The translations under genes were made by a program, and so were the position numbers. Shown here piece after piece: positions 36,887-47,410 of a DNA stretch of 64,000 bases (its first letter is position 1; each line of letters opens with the position of its first letter). The stretch comes from Camelus ferus (taxonomy: Eukaryota). The stretch covers positions 52,268,001-52,332,000 of the forward strand of contig NC_045707.1 of assembly GCF_009834535.1 (NCBI RefSeq), read 5' to 3'. The notes under the pieces were generated by a model. That model was given only the letters and a program-made list of their open reading frames with translations, was not told the DNA's origin and made no database searches.

Positions 36887-39800
36887 TTAGATTCCACATA
36901 TGAGCGATCTCATACGGTATTTTTCTTTCTCTTTCTGGCTTATTTCACTTAGAATGACATTCTCCAGGAGCATCCATGTTGCTGCAAATGGCATTATGTT
37001 GTCGGCTTTTATGGTTGAGTAGTATTCCATTGTATAAATATACCACCTCTTCTTTATCCAGTCACCTGTTGATGGACATTTAGGCTGTTTCCATGTTTTG
37101 GCTATTGTAAATAGTGCTGCTATGAACATTGGGGTGCAGGTGTCATCCTGAAGTAGATTTCCTTCTGGATACAAGCCCAGGAGTGGGATTCCTGGGTCAT
37201 ATGGTAAGTCTATTCCTAGTCTTTTGAGGAATCTCCACACTGTTTTCCATAGTGGCTGCACCAAACTGCATTCCCACCAGCAGTGTAGGAGGGTTCCCCT
37301 TTCTCCACAGCCTCTCCAGCATTTGTCATTTGTGGATTTTTGAATGACGGCCATTCTGACTGGTGTGAGGTGATACCTCATTGTAGTTTTGATTTGCATT
37401 TCTCTGATAATTAGTGATATTGAGCATTTTTTCATGTGCTTTTTGATCATTTGTATGTCTTCCTTAGAGAATTGCTTGTTTAGGTCTTCTGCCCATTTTT
37501 GGATTGGGTTGTTTATTTTTTTCTTATTGAGTCGTATGAGCTGCTTATATATTCTGGAGATCAAGCCTTTGTCGGTTTCACTTGCAAAAATTTTCTCCCA
37601 TTCCGTAGGTTTTCTTCTTGTTTTATTTCTGGTTTCCTTTGCTGTGCAGAAGCTTGTAAGTTTCATTAGGTCCCATTTGTTTATTCTTGCTTTTATTTCT
37701 TCTAGGAGAAAATTTTTTAAATGTATGTCAGATAATGTTTTGCCTATGTTTTCCTCTAGGAGGTTTATTGTATCTTGTCTTATGTTTAAGTCTTTAATCC
37801 ATTTTGAGTTGATTTTTGTATATGGTGTAAGGGAGTGTTCTAGCTTCATTGTTTTACATGCTGCTGTCCAGTTTTCCCAACACCATTTGCTGGAGAGACT
37901 GTCTTTATTCCAATGTATATTCTTGCCTCCTTTGTCAAAGATGAGTTGACCAAAAGTTTGTGGGTTCATTTCTGGGCTCTCTATTCTGTTCCATTGGTCT
38001 ATATGTCTGTTTTGGTACCAATACCATGCTGTCTTGATGACTGTAGCTCTGTAGTATTGTCTGAAGTCTGGGAGAGTTATTCCTCCAGCCTCTTTCTTTC
38101 TCTTCAGTAATGCTTTGGCAATTCTAGGTCTTTGATGGTTCCATATGAATTTTATTATGATTTTTTCTAGTTCTGTGAAATATGTCCTGGGTAATTGGAT
38201 AGGCATTGCATTAAATCTGTAGATTGCCTTGGGCAGTGTGACCATTTTAACAATATTGATTCTTCCAATCCAAGAGCGTGGAATATCTTTCCATTTTTTA
38301 AAGTCTTCTTTAATTTCCTTCATCAATGGTTTATAGTTTTCTGTGTATAATTCTTTCACCTCCTTGGTTAGATTTATTCCCAGATATTTTATTACTTTGG
38401 GTGCTATTTTAAAGGGGATTGTTTCTTTACTTTCTTCTTCTGTTGATTTATCGTTAGTGTAAAGAAATGCAACTGATTTTTGAACGTTAATTTTGTAACC
38501 TGCTACCTTGCTGAATTCTTCAATCAGCTCTAGTAGCTTTTGTGTGGACCTTTTAGGGTTTTCTATATATAGTAACATGTCATCAGCATATAATGACACT
38601 TTTACCTCTTCTTTTCCAATTTGGATCCCTTTTATTTCTTTCTCTTGCCTGACTGCTGTGGCTAGGACTGCTGAGTGGTGATAGTGGGCATCCTTGTCTT
38701 GTCCCAGATTTTAGTGGGAAGCTTTTGATTTTTTCACCGTTGAGTACTATGCTGGCTGTAGGTTTGTCATATATAGCTTTTATTATGTTGAGATATGTTC
38801 CCTCTATACCCACTTTGGCGAGAGTTTTTATCATAAATGGGTGTTGAAATTTATCAAATGCTTTTTCTGCATCGATTGAGATGATCATGTGGTTTTTGTC
38901 CTTTCTCTTGTTGATGTGATGTATTACACTGATTGATTTGCGTATGTTGAACCAGCCTTGTGTCCCTGGGATGAACCCCACTTGGTCATGATGTATAATC
39001 TTTTTTATGTGTTGTTGGATTCTATTTGCTAAAATTTTGGTGAGGATTTTGGCGTCTATGTTCATCAGTGATATTGGCCTATAATTCTCTTTTTTTGTAG
39101 TGTCTTTGCCTGGTTTTGGTATCAGGGTGATGGTGGCTTCATAGAATGAGTTTGGGAGTATTCCCTCCTTTTCAATCGTCTGGAAGAGTCTGAGAAGGAC
39201 TGGTATGAGTTCTTCTTTGTATGTTTGGTAGAATTCCCCGGTGAAGCTGTCCGGTCCTGGACTTTTATTTGTAGGGAGGTTTTTAATTGCTATTTCTATT
39301 TCCTTTCTAGTGATCGGATTGTTCAAGTGGTCAGATTCTTCTTGATTCAGTTTTGGTGGACAGTATGTTTCCAGAAACTTGTCCATCTCCTCTAGGTTAT
39401 CCAGTTTGGTTCCATACAGTTTTTCATAATATTCTCGTATGATATTCTGTATTTCTATTTTGTTTGTTGTAATTTCTCCATTTTCCTTTCTTATTTTGCT
39501 AATTTGTGCTCTCTCTTTTTTCTTCTTTGGAAGTTTGGCCAGAGGTTTGTCGATTTTATTTACGTTTTCAAAAAACCAGCTTTTGGTTTGGTTGATTTTT
39601 TCTATGGTCTTGTTAATCTCTATTGTATTTAATTCCCCTCTGATCTTTATTATTTCCTTCCTTCTGCTGCTTTTGGGGGCTTTTTGTTCTTCTTTTTCTA
39701 ATTCATTCAGGTGGTGGGTTAAATTGTTTATTTGAGATTGTTCTTCTTTTTTGAGGAAGGCCTGTATCGCTATAAACTTCCCTCTTAGCACTGCCTTTGC

Positions 39801-40667
39801 TGTGTCCCATAGGTTTTGAGTGGTTGTGCTTTCATTCTCATTTGTCTCAAGGTATTTTTTAATTTCAGCTTTGATTTCCTCATTGATCCATTGTTTTTTC
39901 AATAACATATTGTTTAATCTCCATGCTTTCCTTTTCTTCTCCTTTGTTTCTCTGTTGTTGATTTCCAGTTTCATGGCATTGTGGTCAGTAAAGATGCTTG
40001 AGATAATTTCTATCTTCTTAAAATTGCTGAGGTTTCTTTTGTGCCCAAGTACATGATCGATCCTGGAAAATGTTCCATGTGCACTTGAAAAGAATGTATA
40101 TCCTATTTTTTCGGGGTGTAATGCTCTGAAAATATCCACCAAATCTAGTTTTTCTATCGTAGTATTTAATTTCTCTGTTGCCTTGTTTATTTTCTGTCTG
40201 GAAGATCTGTCTAGTGATGTTAATGCAGTGTTAAAATCTCCAACTATGACTGTATTCCCATCAATATCCCCCTTTATCTCTGTTAGTAATTCTTGTATGT
40301 ACTTATGTGCTCCTATATTGGGTGCATATTTATTAACAAGTGTAATATCCTCAACTTGTATCACTCCTTTAATCATTATAAAATGTCCTTCTTTATCTTT
40401 CTTTATGGCCTTTGTTTTAAAGTCTGTTTTGTCTGAGATCAGTACTGCAACACCTGCTTTTTTGGCTTTTCCATTTGCATGGAATATCCTTTTCCATCCT
40501 TTCACTCTCAATCTATATGTGTCCTTCTCCCTAAAGTGGATCTCTTGTATGCAGCATATTGAAGGTTCTTGCTTTATTATCCAGTCTGCCACTCTGTGTC
40601 TTTTGACTGGAGCATTTAGTCCATTAACATTTACAGTAATTAATGATAGATGTGTGTTTATTGCCAT
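36887..40667 (-). pseudogene. L1 ORF2p (APE endonuclease + reverse transcriptase + Cys-rich C-terminus), split by one frameshifting lesion near 38670
   Basis: ORF 38583-40667 carries NVNGLN, GDFN, SRIDH, TDH, YRPISL, DAEKAFD and [13 protein letters not shown] 36887-38599 carries YADD, YLG and CWRGC...HCWWEC. Confidence 0.96.
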
Positions 40668-41071
40668 TTTGAACTTATCTTTGCAGTTGAATTGGTATAT
40701 CCTCTTTGTTCCTTTCTTCTTCCTTTTGTGGTTTGGTAATTTTCCTTTGTATTATCATGGATTTTATTTAATTCTTGTGACTCCCTTGTAAATTTTTGGC
40801 TTGTGGTTACCCTTTTTTGTAAATCTATTAACCCATTACTATAACTGTTTTTATTAAACCGATAGTAATATGATCTCAAACCCATCCTACTTTTAAAAAA
40901 ATTTAAAAAAGAAAGAAAAAAATATTCTGTATTTCCCTGCCTCCCTCTCCCACTCTCAGTGATTTGTATGTCTTCTTTTATAATTTCATGTTTACTTTAT
41001 TTGTAATTCATGAGTTATCACCTTTCCAGTTGTGTGTTTCTCATTTCTGTAGCATCCTGCTGCTTTTCTAT

Positions 41072-41964
41072 TTAGAATAGCCCTTTCAATATTTCTTTTA
41101 GCATGGGTTTAGTGTTGCTAAACTCCTGCAGCTTTTTTTTTGTCTGTGAAACTCTTTATTTCTCCTTCTATCCTCAAGGATAGCCTTGCTGGATAAAGTA
41201 TCCTAGGCTGCATCTTGTTTTCATTCAGGGCTTTGAATATATCTTGCCACTCCCTTCTTGCCTATAGTGTTTGTGTAGAGAAATCAGCTGAGAGCCTTAT
41301 GGGGGTTCCCTTGTAACTTACTCTTTGCTTTTCTCTTGCTGCCTTTAGAATTATTTCTTTATCCTTGACTCTGGCCATCTTGATTATGATATGTCTTGGT
41401 GTGGGTCTATTTGGGTTCTTCCTGTTTGGGACCCTCTGAGCTTCCTGTACTTGGATATCTGATTCCTTCTTTAAGTTTGGGAAGTTTTCAGTCATGATTT
41501 CTTCAAAAACCTTTTCAATCCCCTTTGATCTTTCTTCTTCTTCTGGGACCCCTATTGTGCGAAGATTGGGATGCTTTATATTATCCCATAGGTCCCTTAT
41601 GCTATTTTCATTATTTTTTATTTGCTTATCTTGTAGTTCTTCTGAATGGGTGCTTTCTATTGCCCTGTCTTCTAGATCACTAATTCGTTCCTCTGCATTA
41701 TCTAGTCGGCTTTGCACAGCTATTAGATCATTCCTCATCTCTGTCAATGAGTTTACCCATTCTACTTGGCTCTTCTTTATAGCTTCAATTTCATTTTTGA
41801 CATATTTTATATCTCTAAACACTCTCTCTTAATTCCTTTAGCAATCTGATCACTCCTTTTTTGAAATCTTGATCTAGTAGGCTATCGATGTCTATTTCGT
41901 TGATCTTTCTTTCAGGGGATTTCTCTTGTTCTTTTAATTGGGAAAGGTTTTTCTGCTTCTTCAT
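41072..41964 (-). pseudogene. L1 ORF1p (coiled coil, RRM, CTD), disrupted
   Basis: Manual translation from the ATG at 41964 gives MKKQKNLSQLKEQEKSPE...LLKELRE. A frameshift near 41823 leads into track ORF 41262-41822 (DLWDNIK, EAQRVP, RHIIIK, IRLSADFS). A premature TAG at 41262 is followed by ARREWQDIF...YPARLS, a +1 A in a homopolymer near 41135, and the end KGLF* at 41072. Confidence 0.93.
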
Positions 41965-41999
41965 CTTGGAGATTTATTTTTAATATAGACCCAGTGGCA

Positions 42000-42436
42000 T
42001 ATATCCATTTTCTAGGGTTGCCCTACCAAACAACTAGAAACTGTGTAACTTGAAACAGCAGAAATGTGTTGTCTCCCAGTTCTGAATCTGAAATCAAGGT
42101 GACGGCAGGACCATTCTGTTTCTGAACCCTGTAGGGGAAAATTCTTCCTAGCCGCTCTCCTGCCTTCTGGTGATTTGCTGGCAATCCTCAGCGTCCCTTG
42201 GCTTGCAGCTTTAGCACTTCAGTCTCTGCCTCCATTTCACATAGAACTCTCTCCTCACGTGTCTGCATCTCTTCTTATAAATACATCAGTCCTGTTGTAT
42301 TACAGCTCTCCCAAATGACCTCATCTTACTTGATTACAACTGCAGAAATCTTATTTCAAAATAAGATCACTTTCATGTGTACCAGTGGTTAGGACTTCAA
42401 CGTATCTGTTCAGGGGGCACAATTCAACCCATAACA
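42000..42436. mobile_element. MLT1B/C-like MaLR LTR
   Basis: TCTGAAATCAAGGTG...AATGACCTCATCTT...CACAATTCAACCCATAACA. Confidence 0.82.
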
Positions 42437-44647
42437 GAGGCCATATGATACTTGATTTAGTTCCTCTTGTGAATAGATCTGATACAATGACAGCGTTCAA
42501 ATTTTAGTTACTTCTTTCTTAAATATATCAGGATGTTTGGTGAGGCAGAAATAATATATAGGAATAAGGATGTATTTTGATTTTGCTAAAAGTTTTTTTT
42601 TTCCATCTTCTTGGTCTAATAGCTTTAAAAATAATCATATAGAAAGTAGATTATGGAAAAAGCTGTTTTCTTTTGGCTCTTATATAAAAAACATCAACCA
42701 ATAACAACTCATTTCACAAAATCAGCAAAACATTACTGATTGAAAAAAATCAGCCGAAAGTGAGCTGCTTGTACAACTTTGCATCAAGAAAGCCTATTTG
42801 CCACCAAAACAGAAAACAAAAAAACAAACAAAAGAAACATTTGGGATAGCTGAAAAACAACTTCTATTTATTTAAAATATAATATACTCATATTTTGTTT
42901 ATTAGTTATTGTTCTAGCAAAGCCATTCACTTTCTCACTTCAGACTAATGCAAGTTTCACATTAAGGGGATATGAAAGCTACTAAAAGTGCTTAAATTCT
43001 GTCAGGAAATAGAACTTCCTCATTGTGTCATTTTGAGACATTAACCTGTGTCATTTTGAGACTTTAACTTGTTATCAACCCCAGTTTTACTTGCAGTACC
43101 CACCATCTATTCTAGAAAATAGGAAAAACATGTCAGACACTAGAGATCAAGAGAGAGAGAGAAACAGATTGGTTTCAAGCAATGTGGCAAAGTATAAACT
43201 ACAAAATTCTTAGGCAAATTGATCATTTGAAAATAAATGTGTTCTAGCAAAAGTAAAAAAAGAAAATGTACTAATTAGCTATGAATCTTGGGTAACATAA
43301 GTTCAAGACAGAATATAATTTTCTGTGTTTTGCACACAGAAGGTAAAAATGTAATAGCCTGAGTTCACAATATGCAGAAACTGAGGTTCAGTTTTTTGTA
43401 AGGTGACATAGCTAGATGAGGCCAGAGACCTGAATTTAATGAATTTATTTTCAAGTTCTGAAGGTTAGTAATTTTACTTTTAAAAAAAATCTTACTTTAA
43501 CCATTCTCCAAAGTTTATCTACAAATTTGGTAAAAGACTGAGTCAAGGTAGAGAGAAGTATTAATAACATCCCCAAATGCATTCTATCGTAAGATTCTGA
43601 TTTCATCTATTCCTATGGGCACAATGCAGCTAATGGCCTCCTTTAAAGACTTAACAGTTTATTAGTATGTAAGGAATTCCATTAGTCTACAAATCTTATA
43701 TTTTAATCAGAAAATTTAGTGGAGCCACCATAGTTTAGAGGCTGAAAGGGCAGAATACAGACATAATCAATAAATAATAACAATGTAGAACATTTATCTT
43801 AAAAGAATAGATATGTAAGTCTAAATCTAAATGTAAGCTCTTTTGCTTACTTTTGTTATTAGAGCAATAGAACTGAAATTAATTCCTCAAAGAAGGTGAT
43901 TAAAATGTTAGGAGTTACAAAGAAAGTACTGGAAAAACATATAAGAGAAAAAAAATAGCTAAACAAACAAAAAAGACTGCAGCTGTTTCTTCCCTCTCAT
44001 TGGCAATTTCCTGCAAAACATAGATCCTTGCACAGCAGAGGGGAGGAGGCCCTGAGTGCAGATGAGTTAATGAGGACCCAGCATTGTGCTACCCCTTGAC
44101 AAAATGTAAAGGACTGAGGAGTAAAATTAAAAAGAGCTAATGTCTCTCAATGCTCCCTCTGCCCTCACCAGACTAGATTTGGTGTCTCTCTTCTGAGTCT
44201 CAGTATCATACAGTAAAATATTTCATTTAAAGCAGTTGGCCCACTGTTTTGAACTGATTTAATTGTTCTTATGTCTCCCTTTTTAGACTGTAAACATCTC
44301 TATTTTAGGTTCATATTTAACATAACTTCTGTATCTCACTGGCTACTGACTGTATAGAATATTGTGCATGTTTAAAAAGTGTTAAAATGACTTAAATTAG
44401 TGTTATTTTGCAATATTTATAAAGATGTGCATGCTTCAGGTAAGTTTTGGGTGGATGTTGGCAAAAAAAAAATGAGACATGACTTTAACTTGTCCTTAAT
44501 ACTAGTTTTTAGCTAGTTATTATTGCCATTAAAAGTAAATTGAAATTATGAAAGAAATTAACAGAAAATAATAATATTTTTAAAAGTCATTTTTTTCTTG
44601 ATTTGGAAGAATAGATTCAATTTTATAATTATTAAAACAATATAAAG

Positions 44648-44774
44648 AGGGAGGGTATAGCTCAGTGGTAGAGTGCACGCTTGGCATGCACAAGGTCCTG
44701 GGTTCAATCCCCAGTACCTCCCTTAAAAAAAATCATAATAATTAAATAAATAAACCTAATTACCTGCCCCCCCC
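44648..44774 (+). mobile_element. tRNA-derived SINE (vic-1-like, camelid type)
   Basis: Box A TAGCTCAGTGG and box B GGTTCAATCCC, a tail with AATAAA and a C-run, and flanking direct repeat AAACAATATA at 44635-44644 and 44775-44784. Confidence 0.9.
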
Positions 44775-46639
44775 AAACAATATATGCATTTTACAGTAAC
44801 ATAAAATGTTTATCTACTTGTATCTTTCTCACAAAGAAGCAGACAATAGCTGTGTTCAGGCCTGGATTTCAAGGGGAAGTGAATTCCTCATCCTGCATGT
44901 ATATTCCTTTGGTTGAAATTTCCAACTTTGCCTAGGGGGACTTCAAGTATCATTTGTTTCAGGGTTTTACTGAGATCTCAATCTTATGGATGGAGATAGT
45001 AGAATCTCCCACATGACTTGATTTGATAGTATTATCCAGTGCAACTTTATTTTATACTCGGTCCATAAAATGCAAGTACAACTGGGTTTTCACAAGAATT
45101 CAGAGAGGGAGAGAGAGAGGGCAAGGTGGGCGGGCGGTGGGTGGGCGGGGAGCTATTGCTTCATGGCAGGTTATACTAAATAAAACTATAAAATGCAAGC
45201 TAGTGTTTTTTAATGACAGGATGTTGACAAGCTGACTGTATATGGAATTTGAGGTTGCTCAGGAGTGCTATTGCTTCTTAGATAAAACAAACCACATCAA
45301 ATCTGTTCTTATTGTAAAAAATCAAGTCTTCTCTGTCTTTCCCACCTCATTTCTAAATACACACTCTATCTAGGTAGACAGGTTTTGATCAATTTCTGGT
45401 CAAATGGTTTAAATGGTTTAAACATTTCTGGTCAAATGTTCAATTTCATGATTTTAATATGAGAGATGGTAGACTTTTTGAAATATATGTACTTTAAAAT
45501 CTCAGGCCCGTGCCTTGATGGTCAGGAGGAGACAACTTGTTCTGCTATAATGTACTTGCTAATAGCATACAGTATTTTTTTTTTTTCTTCCATGATAGGT
45601 ATTCTTGATGACTTTCATCTCAGTGTGAAGCTCCTGTCAATTCCTAACTAACAACAAAGGAAAAGAATAGGGGGAAAGAAATGAATGCACAAGAAGTAAA
45701 AATGCCATTTCACACTGAGTGCTTTGTAAATGTGAGCCAACTCACACAAATCCTTTAGGCATCAGTAGAAATGGAGCTGAGCCAGAAGAGAAGAAAACAT
45801 GTCCAAATAGAGAAAGTTTGCTCAGCAAATTGAAATTCAAGCCTGAAATTGAAAAGTTTGAGTTAAACCTACTGCAAAGGGCACATTTCATCCTTTACTC
45901 ATTTTTTTCCTAAAATGCAAAGTTTATTATGTATTGATTTTTTGTTACAGATTCTTTACTTATTTCCAGTCTCTGCTTCCACTTAATCTTCTGACATAGT
46001 AATTATCACTCAGGTAAATGGGAATAAAAACATAATGCTAAGTATTTGAACAATTTCATCTGAGTTTGCACACAGAAGAAGTAAAATATACTCTTTTGTA
46101 TACTTACAGCTCAATATGAAAAATATAATTTGGCATTATTGTCCCAAAGCCAAAACCTTTTATATTATTGCATAATATGTTTAATAAAAAACAGTTTAGG
46201 TGCAATTTGGAGAACTTTTACGTTAAATACTATGTGATTTCATTATTTGAGCTTTGAGTATCAAGCTCATGAATGTGAAAGTATTTTGTAATCTAAAAGT
46301 CAAATTTGATATAGGAGGAGGATTAAATTTTATCAAAAGGAAAAGTAGAGTTAATAATACATTAAAAATTATTTGTCCCTTGTGATCCAATTTGAAATAA
46401 ATATAGCTCTCTCCATTTGTAAATTTTGATTGACATTGTCATTTGCCAACACTGGGAGAGACTTTTCAGGTAGAACTTTACTGGCAAAACTCAGCATACT
46501 CTCTCTGGAGACATATGTTTTAATATCTCCTTTTATTATATTTTTGTTCTTCATGACTAATTAAGTGGAATAGCTTAGAGTTGGTAACCATTTGGATGTT
46601 CACTTCTGTGATTTGTCTCTCACTGACAGTCAGCTACAA

Positions 46640-47410
46640 CATAGTGACTTTAGACACTGCACTTTAAAACCAAATCTCACCAGGCTACACACCGAGCTAG
46701 CAGGGCATGAAAATTCCCATTTCCTCACATCCTCACAATGTTTGATTCTATTGAGCTTTCTAATTTTTCTAATTACTAGTGAGTTTGCTTTCTAAGTTAC
46801 TTCTTTGGATTTCTTTTTTACAGCCTTTCCCCATTTTTATTAGTTTCTTTCTCTTTTTCTGCTTCATTGACTAGAGATAGTCTAACCTTCTAGATATTAG
46901 GCTCTTGCCAATTTTTGTGTTGCAAATGAGTCTTTATGTAATTTTGTCCCTTAGTGAATAGAAAGCATTGCTTTGATACAGTTAAGCCCATCTGTTTTTC
47001 TTTTTAATGTTTGTTTTTCACTCTTTGGGGCTTTAAGCTTTTCTCCTAATCATGACCATAAATACACTGTCCTACATTCTCTTCTATTAGTTGTATGTAT
47101 GTATGTATGCATGTATGTATGTATCTATCACTTATATCATCTTTAGTATTTTTCTCCACATAATGAACCATTGTTTTCTAGCATCATTTAGCATTCATTA
47201 TTCTTCACTGAATTTTGGTACTACATTTATTGTATATCAAGTTGTTATATTTGCATGACCTCCCTCTCTATTCTGTTTCATTTATCTGTGTTAGTAACAT
47301 AGTGTTTGTATTACTATGTCTTTATCCTCTGTCTAAATAGGTAGGATGAACAATCCCAACTCTTTATTCTTCCTTTCGCAAAGTTGAGATAGGTTTTCTT
47401 GAATTTCCTG
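46640..47410 (-). mobile_element. Old L1M fragment
   Basis: Decayed ORF2 3' antisense motifs (CCTCACATCCTCACAA, ATCAAGTTGTTATATTTGCATG). Confidence 0.55.

Larger units (their letters stand above)
36565..41968 (-). mobile_element. LINE-1 retrotransposon, about 5.4 kb, lacking its 5'UTR, inactivated, relatively young subfamily
   Basis: Contains ORF1, an inter-ORF spacer, ORF2 (EN, RT, C-terminal domain), 3'UTR and A-rich tail. The TSD GAGATTTATTT lies at 36554-36564 and 41969-41979. The minus-strand target context TT/AAAAATAAATCTC fits L1 endonuclease preference. Confidence 0.97.

Noticed and set aside
37389..41832. Plus-strand hydrophobic ORFs (186, 98, 78, 202 and 112 aa)
   Set aside because: Antisense shadows of A-rich L1 ORF1/ORF2, a well-known artefact.
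36887..41964. Retrotransposition-competent L1
   Set aside because: No promoter, an ORF1 with a stop and frameshifts, and an ORF2 frameshifted within RT.
44648..44722. tRNA gene
   Set aside because: The tRNA-like head runs into a SINE tail with flanking direct repeats, and a second diverged copy is at 52165-52254, so it is a SINE.
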